DNA of 32,000 nt from Candidatus Electronema halotolerans (lineage in GTDB: Bacteria > Desulfobacterota > Desulfobulbia > Desulfobulbales > Desulfobulbaceae). The notes beneath the pieces are model-generated. The model ran no database searches and was not told the origin of the DNA. It saw only the letters and a list, made by a program, of their open reading frames with translations. The number at the start of each line of letters is the position of its first letter. Position 1 is the stretch's first letter. This document shows positions 1 through 12,442 of this stretch, in pieces. Made by a program: the position numbers and the translations under genes. The stretch is taken from positions 600,001-632,000 of the forward strand of contig OW818675.1 of NCBI GenBank assembly GCA_942493095.1, read 5' to 3'.

Positions 1-119
1 CAAATTAGCGCGGCAAAAGCACGCTGTCAAGAAAAAAATATGCGGTGCGCGGCAGCGAAGCAAAATCTTCGCTCTGCGATCAAAGAGGAGAATTGGATGA
101 GGAAATAGAAAAAATATAC

Positions 120-188
120 CTGCTCATAGGAAAAGCCTATGAGGAAACAGACGCGGCCTATTTGCTCATCCCTTTTTCCTATGAGCAG
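120..188. repeat. Perfect 15-bp inverted repeat hairpin, CTGCTCATAGGAAAA (120-134) / TTTTCCTATGAGCAG (174-188)
   Basis: Arms read directly from sequence; 39-nt loop contains further partial copies of CCTATGAG and TGCTCAT; lies just 3' of the minus-strand toxin-antitoxin genes. Confidence 0.7.
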
Positions 189-212
189 ATAGGCGGAGAC
201 TGTGAAGAGAGG

Positions 213-605
213 TCAGCCGCTGATCAGCAGTTCGTCCAGTTCGCTGTACGCTGAAAACCAGCCGTCAAGGCTGATCAGTTTGCTTTTGCTGACAATCGCT
301 GTGGCGATGATGAATCTGTCCGCAGGGTCTTTATGATGATACGGAAGCTGGCCCGCAAGCTGCGCTGCCGCCGCGCTGACCGGGAGGACCTGCACATCGG
401 AGCCGCGCAAAGCCTCCTTCAGCCATTGGTCAATTGGCAGGGGCAGCTCAATCCGGCGGAACCGCTCCAGCAGGACAACCTCCCAGCAGGAAATGGCGGA
501 GACGGCCAAGGCATCGGCAGTTTCAATCAAATCAATGAGATTCTGCGGCAGCGGATCATCCGGCAGCAGCCAGCGCAGCCAGATGTGGGTATCCATCAGG
601 ATCAT
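213..605 (-). CDS. PIN-domain toxin, VapC-like (type II toxin-antitoxin)
   Basis: 130 aa starting MILMDTHIWLRWLL, with acidic residues and the HHKDPADRFIIATA motif typical of PIN-domain ribonucleases; start overlaps the upstream antitoxin stop (ATGA). Confidence 0.88.
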   Translation of the reverse strand: MILMDTHIWLRWLLPDDPLPQNLIDLIETADALAVSAISCWEVVLLERFRRIELPLPIDQWLKEALRGSDVQVLPVSAAAAQLAGQLPYHHKDPADRFIIATAIVSKSKLISLDGWFSAYSELDELLISG

Positions 606-829
606 CGCAGAATGTCCCAGTCTTCCGGCGGAGCGGCGGGCGACACGATATCGCCGAGAATCTTTCCTTTGCCGCTGATTGCGAAGGAGGGCTTGCGCCG
701 TTTCTTCGCTTTCTTCCTGTCCTCCGGCAGCAGAAAAATTGCTTCCATACGAATGTTCGGCGGCAGCTGCGGTTGATGCAGCAGCCTGCCGTGCTGATCG
801 GTCTCAAGAATGATTCGTTTAGTCTGCAT
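602..829 (-). CDS. Antitoxin partner of the PIN-domain toxin
   Basis: 75 aa small charged protein, 4-nt overlap with toxin ORF, canonical antitoxin-toxin order. Confidence 0.75.
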   Translation of the reverse strand: MQTKRIILETDQHGRLLHQPQLPPNIRMEAIFLLPEDRKKAKKRRKPSFAISGKGKILGDIVSPAAPPEDWDILR

Positions 830-978
830 GATGCCTCCTGTCAGTTTACGCTGATGAGCGTATCTTGCCGCGTTTATTCTGTCAAGCGGAACAAGGATTG
901 GGAAAAGCCGGAGCCTATAAACAGAAAAGCCCCTCCCGTTTTCCCGGAAGGGGCCTGCTTGACGGAATCAGTCAGGAC

Positions 979-4554
<3,576 letters not shown>

Positions 4555-4794
4555 AAGAATCTCCCTGAATCCTGAAGTTGACGTATCCCGGCGGGATGCC
4601 GTAAAATAAAAATGTCTGAACGCAAGGGCTGATTGCGGCTTGCGATGATTTTTTGATATTATTAAGAGATAGACGGTGTTCCGGCAGCGCGGGCGGCGGA
4701 CGACCGCTATGCCTGGAAAAGAGCAGAAATTTATCATCATAGAACAAAATTGACGTTTGCGCAAGGGAAAGAAAACGCGGCGGTCTGCGGCCTT

Positions 4795-4899
4795 TGCCAT
4801 CCAGCCAATTATATCGGCAGGCACTCCGAGGCCCAGTTCAGCCACGGCTTCTGTCAGGAGTGTGCCAAAAAACATTATCCAGAGGTGTTTTCAAAATGA
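4795..4899 (+). pseudogene. Orphan C-terminal fragment of a sensory/PAS-GAF or response-regulator type protein
   Basis: Third reading frame encodes CHPANYIGRHSEAQFSHGFCQECAKKHYPEVFSK*, resembling the common C-terminal tail IRDHSEAxFSHGICPECxxKLYPE. Confidence 0.55.
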
Positions 4900-5005
4900 A
4901 CAGCACCTGTCCGGCAATTGGCTTGTCTTTCGTATTCTGTCCACTTTTCCGGCAGCTTGATGCGTTCATGCCGCCAAATTTTCGCTAACCGCGTATCTGC
5001 CGATC

Positions 5006-5725
5006 ATGAACCAGAAAGAGCGTCTTCAGAAGATTATTGCCCAGGCAGGGATATGCTCGCGTCGCAGGGCGGAGGAATATATTGCTGCCGGACGGGTGGC
5101 AGTGGATGGGCGGACCGTCACGGAGCTGGGCTTCAAGGCAGATCCGGCCCAGGCGGTGATCAGTGTGGATGGACAGCCTGTCCGGCAGGAGAAAAAAAAA
5201 GTGCATCTCCTGCTCAACAAGCCGCCCGGTTATGTCACCACCTTGTCTGACCCGCAAGGCCGTCCGATTGTCACCGACCTGCTGCCGCCAGACCTGCGGC
5301 TGCGGCTTTTTCCAGTGGGCCGCCTTGATTTGGACAGCGAGGGCGCGCTCTTGCTGACCAATGACGGCGACTTGGCCAACAGAATACTGCATCCCAAATT
5401 TGAGGTGAAAAAGACCTATGAGGCCACAGTCAGGGAACTGCCTGCGGCAAGCGACCTGCGGCGGCTGGAGGCAGGCATTATTGTTGATGGCCAGAAGACT
5501 TGGCCTGCTCAAGCGCGGGTGCTGCGGCGGACAAAAACAGCGGCAGTGATCGAGATTATCATCCACGAAGGAAAAAAACGACAGGTGCGCAAGATGTTTC
5601 AAGCCATTGGCCACCCGGTCCTGCGGCTGCGGCGGACTGCCTACGGCGGCCTGCGGCTGGGCGGTCTGGGGCCGGGCAAGTGCCGTTTTTTGACCGAAAA
5701 AGATATTACAAATATATTTTATTGA
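5006..5725 (+). CDS. rluB: 23S rRNA pseudouridine synthase, RluB/RsuA family
   Basis: S4 domain RLQKIIAQAGICSRRRAEEYI; catalytic FPVGRLDLDSEGALLLTNDGDL; EGKKRQVRKMFQAIGHPVLRLRR. Confidence 0.93.
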   Translation: MNQKERLQKIIAQAGICSRRRAEEYIAAGRVAVDGRTVTELGFKADPAQAVISVDGQPVRQEKKKVHLLLNKPPGYVTTLSDPQGRPIVTDLLPPDLRLRLFPVGRLDLDSEGALLLTNDGDLANRILHPKFEVKKTYEATVRELPAASDLRRLEAGIIVDGQKTWPAQARVLRRTKTAAVIEIIIHEGKKRQVRKMFQAIGHPVLRLRRTAYGGLRLGGLGPGKCRFLTEKDITNIFY

Positions 5726-5896
5726 TTACTTGCTAACAATTCCTTTACAATCAGAACGATACTGGCCATAATACAACGGAAGATAAATTTTGCCAGCCGA
5801 ACTCTGTTGGAGTGCGGTTTCAACAACAGGCAGCCCAAGTCCGTTTCTTGGGAAAATCAAGCAACTGGCTGCAACAAGAGGAGAAAATTGAACAGC

Positions 5897-6196
5897 ATGA
5901 ACAAATCAGAACTGATAGAGGCTCTGGCTGAAAAAGTCGATCTGCCGGTGCGTGAGACCGCGTCCGTGACCAAAACTATCATCGACACCATGAGCGATGC
6001 CTTGGTCAAAGGAGATTCGATTGAAATCCGTGGTTTTGGCAGTTTCACGGTCAAAAAGTACGGTGCCTACACAGGCCGCAATCCCAAGTCGGGCGAGCAG
6101 ATCAATGTGGCCCCGAAAAAACTACCCTTCTTTAAAGTGGGCAAAGACCTGCGCGAGCGGGTTGATGCCGCGATGCGGGAAGAGAAGGAGCAATAA
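5897..6196 (+). CDS. HU/IHF family DNA-binding protein
   Basis: 99 aa MNKSELIEALAEKVDLPVRETASVTKTIIDTM...IRGFGSFTVKKYGAYTGRNPKSGEQINVAPKKLPFFKVGKDL; upstream 5807 start is an overextension. Confidence 0.95.
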   Translation: MNKSELIEALAEKVDLPVRETASVTKTIIDTMSDALVKGDSIEIRGFGSFTVKKYGAYTGRNPKSGEQINVAPKKLPFFKVGKDLRERVDAAMREEKEQ

Positions 6197-6250
6197 TCTC
6201 CTGTGGGCGGCTGATGATGCAGCGGAAGCAGTATAAAATGACGGTTCAGA

Positions 6251-7585
6251 TTATTCTGCGCCGACTATGCCGCCCACCAAATCGTAAATATGGGCCTCGG
6301 TGATGCGCACTGTGACGATGTCGCCGGGGCTGGCCCCGCCTTCGTTGATATAGACGCAGCCGTCGATCTCCGGAGCCTGAAAACGGGTGCGGCCCTCCAA
6401 AAGCAGATCCGTTTCTTGGCTCAGTCCTTCCACCAGCACTTCCATCTCTTGGCCGACATAACCTTGCAGCCGCTCCTGGCTGATGGCGGCCTGCAATTCC
6501 ATGACCTGCTGAAACCGCTCCTGTTTCACCTCATCCGGCACCTTGGGCAGAAAGTCCGCCGCAGGCGCGCCTTCCTCATCTTGATAAGGAAACACGCCGA
6601 CATGGTCCAGCCGCCAATCCTGCAAGGCTGCGAGCAGCTCCTCCACATCCTCTTCCGTCTCCCCAGGAAAGCCGACCATCAGCGTGGTGCGCAGGGCGCA
6701 GTCTGGCACCTGTTTTCTGATCCGGGCAATCAGGCAGTCCAAATCCTGCCGTCCGTAGCGGCGGTTCATGCGCTGAAGCACTTGGTCGCTGACATGCTGA
6801 AAGGGGATGTCCAAATAGGGCAGCAGGCATCTTTCTGCGGCCATCAGGTCCAGCAGCTCATCCGTGACTGAGGCCGGGTAAAGATAGAGCAGGCGCAGCC
6901 AGGGAATATCAGTTGCTGTCAAGAGTTCCCGGAGCAGCGCAGGCAGATTGCTGGCCCTGTCCAAGTCATTGCCGTAAGCAGTCAGATCTTGGGCAATCAA
7001 GGACAGCTCCTGCACCCCGGCCTGCCCCAATGCGCGAGCCTCAGCCGCCAGATCAGCAATCGGCCTGCTGCGCAGACTGCCCCGGATGGCCGGAATCATG
7101 CAGTAGGTGCAGCGGTTGTCGCAGCCTTCAGTGATTTTCAGCCAGCTCCGAAAAAAAGGCGTGGAAAGACGGCGCGGCATGGTGCTGCTGCTCAGAAAGC
7201 AGGAGGGCTGACGCAGAACCACGCTGGCATTGCTCGGCATCTGCTGAATCAGCTCCGGCAGCCGCGCTTCATCATCAATGCCGACAAAAAGATCAACTTC
7301 TGGCAGCTCCTTGGCCAAATTCGCTCCATAGCGCTGAACAAGGCAGCCAGTCACCACCAGCTTTTTCGCCGGAGCAGCCTGCTTGTATTCAGCCAGCCGG
7401 AGAATTTCATCCACTGCCTCCTCCACTGCTGGGCGGATGAAGCCGCAGGTGTTGATCAGGAGCAGATCCGCTGATGCCGGATCGTCAACCGTCCGCCAGC
7501 CGCTGAGTTCCAACGAGCCGAGCATCAGTTCAGAATCAACCAAATTTTTGGCGCAGCCGAGGCTGGTGAGGTGCAGTGTTTTCAT
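6251..7585 (-). CDS. rimO: Ribosomal protein S12 methylthiotransferase RimO (radical SAM)
   Basis: MKTLHLTSLGCAKNLVDSELM; NTCGFI; radical SAM ITEGCDNRCTYCMIPAIRG; TRAM-like C-terminus. Start re-assigned from 7672 to 7585. Confidence 0.95.
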   Translation of the reverse strand: MKTLHLTSLGCAKNLVDSELMLGSLELSGWRTVDDPASADLLLINTCGFIRPAVEEAVDEILRLAEYKQAAPAKKLVVTGCLVQRYGANLAKELPEVDLFVGIDDEARLPELIQQMPSNASVVLRQPSCFLSSSTMPRRLSTPFFRSWLKITEGCDNRCTYCMIPAIRGSLRSRPIADLAAEARALGQAGVQELSLIAQDLTAYGNDLDRASNLPALLRELLTATDIPWLRLLYLYPASVTDELLDLMAAERCLLPYLDIPFQHVSDQVLQRMNRRYGRQDLDCLIARIRKQVPDCALRTTLMVGFPGETEEDVEELLAALQDWRLDHVGVFPYQDEEGAPAADFLPKVPDEVKQERFQQVMELQAAISQERLQGYVGQEMEVLVEGLSQETDLLLEGRTRFQAPEIDGCVYINEGGASPGDIVTVRITEAHIYDLVGGIVGAE

Positions 7586-7729
7586 ACCCTGAGTTTGATA
7601 GGCAAACTGGATCAGCTTGATATTTAAAGAAGGCGGCAACCGGCGGTCTCCTATTTTTCGAGACAGCAACACTTGACAGGGGTGCCACCCAAGAGGGAGA
7701 CCGACAAAAAAAGCGACAAAATAAATGAA

Positions 7730-7853
7730 GTATTTTTCGAGGAACCCTTGATGCCGAAATCATAACATAATAGACTGAAATTTCAATATTAAAATAAAAA
7801 ATAACAAAACAAATGCAGCAGAATGGATGTTGTATTTTTCGAGGAACCCTTGA
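7730..7853 (-). mobile_element. Remnants of IS ends: two direct copies of GTATTTTTCGAGGAACCCTTGA flanking about 80 bp of IS-derived non-coding sequence
   Basis: 7748..7850 matches 30258..30360 (right end of the intact IS) with a single mismatch; terminal copies at 7730-7751 and 7832-7853. Confidence 0.85.
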
Positions 7854-8548
7854 ATCGAACGGATGAACTTGGCCGGATTGACCTGCGCAGGCCGGGTCGG
7901 ATCCATGTCCGGGATCACTGCTGCCGCGCCAAGAGCTGTGGCGAAGAGGCCGAAGAGCGGAAAGCCGGGCTGATCAATATCGCCGGGGCCGATGCCGTAG
8001 TAGTCGCGGATGAGCTGGAGCTGATGAAAAAAAATGCCGTGCGTGTATTGCACGCCCTTGGGTGGGCCGGTCGAGCCGGTGGTGAAAATAATCGCGGCCA
8101 GTTCGTCTTCGCTCGTGCTGACAGCAGTGAAATCAGTGTCCTCGCCTGCGGCGAGTTTGGCTCCGAGCAGGCCGCCAAGGGATGGGCCGATGCAGATGCG
8201 GCGGCGGACAGTCTGGAAGGGTTTGCGAAAAAAACGGGCGATGAGCTGCACCGGCGGAATGGCGATCAGCACTGCTGGTTTGACTGCGCCGATGCAGCGG
8301 AGCAGTTTTTTGTAGCCCATGCCCGGATCAATCAGGATCACGGTTGCGCCGAGTTGGAACAGGGCCGCACCATGAGCATGACCCGGTCGCCGCGCCGCAC
8401 CCCTTGCGCTTGCAGGGCAGCAGCATGACGGCAGCTCGCGGAAGCTCCATTGCTGGTATTGGCCGTTTTTACCGGTGACAAGGGCGAGGGCATCGCCTCG
8501 CGTAGCTGCGGCCTCATGCAGGGCCGCGCCGATGTTGCAGTTGGTCAT
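7850..8548 (-). pseudogene. AMP-dependent synthetase/ligase (OleC-like), frameshifted, internally deleted and truncated by IS remnant
   Basis: MTNCNIGAALHEAAATRGDALALV, GATVILIDPGMGYKKLLRCIGAVKPAVLIAIP, IIFTTGSTGPPKGVQYTHG. LQAQGVRRGDRVMLMVRP is in a different frame; coding sense stops at IRSI where the element begins. Confidence 0.85.
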
Positions 8549-8679
8549 AGGATGATTGAAGAAAGTTGCATTTTTTCGTTGCAAAGTCGCATGGCTGACC
8601 CATCGGCTGCATGCTGTTTAGTAACTATTCAAAATGATTGGTTTTTTTATTTTTCAAGCTATATGCTTGCTGAAATATT

Positions 8680-8708
8680 TTGACTTTCCTCTACGGGCTG
8701 TGATATTT
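8680..8708 (+). promoter_or_regulatory. Candidate sigma70-type promoter for the 8755 ORF
   Basis: TTGACT, 17-nt spacer, ATATTT, about 46 nt upstream of the ATG. Confidence 0.5.
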
Positions 8709-8754
8709 ATATAGTAACGTTTATTTTTTACAACTTACTGTCAAGGAGACAAAA

Positions 8755-9780
8755 ATGAAAGTAAATTATTCCGTTATGATGAAAGTAGCACTGTGCGCAA
8801 TGTTCTCGGCTGGCAACGGTTTTGCGGCAACAATTATAGTTGACAACAACCCGAACCACAGCGCAGATTACACGACCTTGCAAGAAGCTGTTGATGCGGC
8901 AACTGCTGGGGATACTATATTGATAGGACCATCTTTTAATGGAAACTCATACGGAGACGCAGATATAAAGAAAAAACTCTTTATTTATGGTACAGGATAT
9001 TTGCTTGAAGAGAATAATTACAAAGGAGGAGTTTCGCAGCTTGGATATATTACTTTTTGGGGTGATTTCATTGGCTTGTCTCCGAATGGTTCAATTATTT
9101 CTGGAGTAGAAGCTAACAGTATTGATATTTCAGTCCAAGACGATGAAGCTTACGTAATTGAGAATATTTCGATAAAAAGAAATAAAATCGGACAGGTTTC
9201 TTTGAATTCTTCTAATCAAGAGTTAAGAATTAAAGATATTATTATATCTAACAATATGATTACAGGAGGCGCGATTAGTATCGGAAATGCAATAGCTATT
9301 ATTAATAATAATATTATCAAAACCAATAGTACTTCAGGTACAGGTTTCGTGTGCTTTTCCGGGGAAATATTAATGTTTAACAATTCGTTTATTTATGCTA
9401 AAGCGTCTTTTAATCCATCACAAATGTTTAATGGAGAATGTTCAGGAGAAGTCTATGGTAATATATTTAATGAATATGAAAAAGGATCATCAATACCTGT
9501 AAATATCCATGATAATTACAATGGCACTTATACGGTATTGGAACAACAAGTTTATACATGGACAGGTTCTGAAGATTCTCAGTTTCAGCTCAGGGCGAAT
9601 TCTCTTGCCAAAGGCGCATGTTTGAATGGTGCAGACTGCGGCGCTTTTGCCGGTACGACCCCGTATATTCTGTCCGGCCTGCCGCCCCGTCCCAGAATAA
9701 CCAACCTTGAGCTGCCCGCTTCCGTGCTGAAAACCGATACAACCATGCAGGTTACAGTTTCTGCTGAAAGCCGCAATTAA
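8755..9780 (+). CDS. Secreted right-handed beta-helix-like protein of unknown function
   Basis: Signal peptide MKVNYSVMMKVALCAMFSAGNGFAA; DYTTLQEAVDAATAGDTILIG; repeated IIISNNMI/IINNNIIKT-like coils. Confidence 0.75.
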   Translation: MKVNYSVMMKVALCAMFSAGNGFAATIIVDNNPNHSADYTTLQEAVDAATAGDTILIGPSFNGNSYGDADIKKKLFIYGTGYLLEENNYKGGVSQLGYITFWGDFIGLSPNGSIISGVEANSIDISVQDDEAYVIENISIKRNKIGQVSLNSSNQELRIKDIIISNNMITGGAISIGNAIAIINNNIIKTNSTSGTGFVCFSGEILMFNNSFIYAKASFNPSQMFNGECSGEVYGNIFNEYEKGSSIPVNIHDNYNGTYTVLEQQVYTWTGSEDSQFQLRANSLAKGACLNGADCGAFAGTTPYILSGLPPRPRITNLELPASVLKTDTTMQVTVSAESRN

Positions 9781-9792
9781 CAGGGGGACATC

Positions 9793-12210
9793 ATGCGCCG
9801 CATCTGTCTTATTCTCTCTATCTTCCTGTGTATTGCCGCCGGACAAGCATGGACGGCAGAAATCACAAAGATGGAATATTTTTATGATAACGATCCCGGA
9901 TTGGGCAACGGAACCGATCTGGCAATCACGGCTGGTGCAACCGTCACTGTAACAGCCGATCTTCCTCTTCCTGCCAATATCAGTGAAGGTCTGCATCATC
10001 TTTACGTGCGGGCTATGGATTCAGATGCAAATTGGGGTATTTTTCGTGTGCATCCGTTTTATGTTCCTTCACTTCACAGTCTTTCTCCTTTGCCGGATAT
10101 CACGGCCATTGAGTGTTTTATTGATGAGTTGACAGATGAAGGCACTGGTACACAGGTTGTAATCACACCTGGAGCGGAAGTGGAGCAAACCTTCAACATG
10201 GATTTTAATTCTCTGTCAGAAGGGCTGCATTATCTCTATGTCCGGGCCGAAGATTCTCAGGGAATATGGGGCATCGCCAGAGTAACGCCTTTCTATGTTG
10301 TTGATGCCTCAGCCCTTCCAGATATCACGGCTATTGAATATTTCATAGACAATGATCCCGGGCTTGATCTTGCACAAAAGATTTCCATTACTTCCGGCCC
10401 GAATCCAGAAGGAAATCTTGCTCTCGATTTGACAGGGCTGTCAATTGGCACACATACGATCGGAATTCGCGCCGTTAATTCTGCTGGTATATGGAGTGTC
10501 ATCGAGACTGCTCAATTCGAGATTAAGAATGCTTATACTGTGACACCCTCCGCAGGCAGCGGCGGTTCAATAAGTCCAAACACAGCACAGAACGTGGAAG
10601 CCGGCACAACAACGAACTTCACCGTTACCCCAAATACAGGCTTCATAGCTGATTCGGCCGTCGGCGGCACTTGTCCTGCTGGAAGCTGGAGCGGCAGCGT
10701 GTACACCACCGGCGCGGTGACTGCCGACTGCTCGGTGAGCTTCAGCTTCACGCAAAATGCAGTCACCCGCACAGTCACGCCTTCCGCAGGAGCCGGGGGC
10801 AGCGTCAGCCCGACTGCGGCGCAGAAGGTCAATGACGGAGCCAAGGCCAGCTTCACTGTCACCCCGAACGAGGGCTTCACTGCTGATTCCGCCGTCGGCG
10901 GCACTTGTCCTGCTGGAAGCTGGAGCGGCAGCGTGTACACCACCGGCGCGGTGACTGCCGACTGCTCGGTGTCTTTCAGCTTCACGCAAAATGCAGTCAC
11001 CCGCACAGTCACGCCTTCCGCAGGAGCCGGGGGCAGCGTCAGCCCGACTGCGGCGCAGAAGGTCAATGACGGAGCCAAGGCCAGCTTCACTGTCACCCCG
11101 AACGAGGGCTTCACTGCTGATTCCGCCGTCGGCGGCACTTGTCCGTCTGGAAGCTGGAACGGCAGCGTGTACACCACCGGCGCGGTGACTGCCGACTGCT
11201 CGGTGAGCTTCAGCTTCACGCAAAATGCAGTCACCCGCACAGTCACGCCTTCCGCAGGAGCCGGGGGCAGCGTCAGCCCGACTGCGGCGCAGAAGGTCAA
11301 TGACGGAGCCAAGGCCAGCTTCACTGTCACCCCGAACGAGGGCTTCACTGCTGATTCCGCCGTCGGCGGCACTTGTCCGTCTGGAAGCTGGAACGGCAGC
11401 GTGTACACCACCGGCGCGGTGACTGCCGACTGCTCGGTGTCTTTCAGCTTCACGCAAAATGCAGTCACCCGCACAGTCACGCCTTCCGCAGGAGCCGGGG
11501 GCAGCGTCAGCCCGACTGCGGCGCAGAAGGTCAATGACGGAGCCAAGGCCAGCTTCACTGTCACCCCGAACGAGGGCTTCACTGCTGATTCCGCCGTCGG
11601 CGGCACTTGTCCTGCTGGAAGCTGGAACGGCAGCGTGTACACCACCGGCGCGGTGACTGCCGACTGCTCGGTGAGCTTCAGCTTCACGCAAAATGCAGTC
11701 ACCCGCACAGTCACGCCTTCCGCAGGAGCCGGGGGCAGCGTCAGCCCGACTGCGGCGCAGAAGGTCAATGACGGAGCCAAGGCCAGCTTCACTGTCACCC
11801 CGAACGAGGGCTTCACTGCTGATTCCGCCGTCGGCGGCACTTGTCCGTCTGGAAGCTGGAACGGCAGCGTGTACACCACCGGCGCGGTGACTGCCGACTG
11901 CTCGGTGAGCTTCAGCTTCACGCAAAATGCAGTCACCCGCACAGTCACGCCTTCCGCAGGAGCCGGGGGCAGCGTCAGCCCGACTGCGGCGCAGAAGGTC
12001 AATGACGGAGCCAAGGCCAGCTTCACTGTCACCCCGAACGAGGGCTTCACTGCTGATTCCGCCGTCGGCGGCACTTGTCCGTCTGGAAGCTGGAACGGCA
12101 GCGTGTACACCACCGGCGCAGTGACTGCCGACTGCTCGGTGAGCTTCAGCTTCACACAAAAATTGACAGGTTCCGCAAAGCCTGCTATTTGGTTGCTGCT
12201 GAAGAAGTAA
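9793..12210 (+). CDS. Secreted repeat protein with tandem 78-aa InlB B-repeat-like / bacterial repeat domains
   Basis: Signal peptide; N-terminal TDIxAIEYFIDNDPGLG modules; seven C-terminal VTPSAGAGGSVSPTAAQKV...TADCSVSFSFTQ repeats; starts 12 nt after the 8755 ORF. Confidence 0.85.
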   Translation: MRRICLILSIFLCIAAGQAWTAEITKMEYFYDNDPGLGNGTDLAITAGATVTVTADLPLPANISEGLHHLYVRAMDSDANWGIFRVHPFYVPSLHSLSPLPDITAIECFIDELTDEGTGTQVVITPGAEVEQTFNMDFNSLSEGLHYLYVRAEDSQGIWGIARVTPFYVVDASALPDITAIEYFIDNDPGLDLAQKISITSGPNPEGNLALDLTGLSIGTHTIGIRAVNSAGIWSVIETAQFEIKNAYTVTPSAGSGGSISPNTAQNVEAGTTTNFTVTPNTGFIADSAVGGTCPAGSWSGSVYTTGAVTADCSVSFSFTQNAVTRTVTPSAGAGGSVSPTAAQKVNDGAKASFTVTPNEGFTADSAVGGTCPAGSWSGSVYTTGAVTADCSVSFSFTQNAVTRTVTPSAGAGGSVSPTAAQKVNDGAKASFTVTPNEGFTADSAVGGTCPSGSWNGSVYTTGAVTADCSVSFSFTQNAVTRTVTPSAGAGGSVSPTAAQKVNDGAKASFTVTPNEGFTADSAVGGTCPSGSWNGSVYTTGAVTADCSVSFSFTQNAVTRTVTPSAGAGGSVSPTAAQKVNDGAKASFTVTPNEGFTADSAVGGTCPAGSWNGSVYTTGAVTADCSVSFSFTQNAVTRTVTPSAGAGGSVSPTAAQKVNDGAKASFTVTPNEGFTADSAVGGTCPSGSWNGSVYTTGAVTADCSVSFSFTQNAVTRTVTPSAGAGGSVSPTAAQKVNDGAKASFTVTPNEGFTADSAVGGTCPSGSWNGSVYTTGAVTADCSVSFSFTQKLTGSAKPAIWLLLKK
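10523..12160 (+). repeat. Tandem array of 234-bp units: one divergent first unit plus six near-identical units
   Basis: ATGCAGTCACCCGCACAGTCACGCC recurs at 10757, 10991, 11225, 11459, 11693 and 11927, exactly 234 bp apart. Confidence 0.97.
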
Positions 12211-12234
12211 ATTTTATTTCACCGAAGCGAAAGG

Positions 12235-12270
12235 AAGGGGTTGCAACAAGATGCAACCCCTTTTGTTTTT
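12235..12270 (+). terminator. Intrinsic terminator after the repeat protein
   Basis: Hairpin AAGGGGTTGCA...TGCAACCCCTT followed by TTGTTTTT. Confidence 0.85.
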
Positions 12271-12442
12271 CAGATTGTCTATATGAAAACAACTGTAAGA
12301 TATATTTCGTATTTTTTATTAAACACCGTAATTGACCGCTTGATCGACACACTTACATTCTTCGGGTAATTTCGAGCAAGAAGGGCCGGTTGTTACTTGA
12401 CAAACAGACTGGCGCACGGTTAGCTGAAGGACAATCGCAATC

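Noticed and set aside
213-829. Toxin-antitoxin pair as a novel system
   Set aside because: Gene order, overlap and PIN motifs fit a standard VapBC-like module; no unusual feature seen.
7823-8428. 201-aa plus-strand ORF MDVVFFEEPLNRTDELG
   Set aside because: Antisense to the AMP-ligase pseudogene, and its N-terminus is IS terminal sequence.
10757-12160. CRISPR-like or phase-variation array
   Set aside because: Units are 234 bp, contiguous without spacers, in frame and encode a 78-aa domain; this is a coding tandem repeat.
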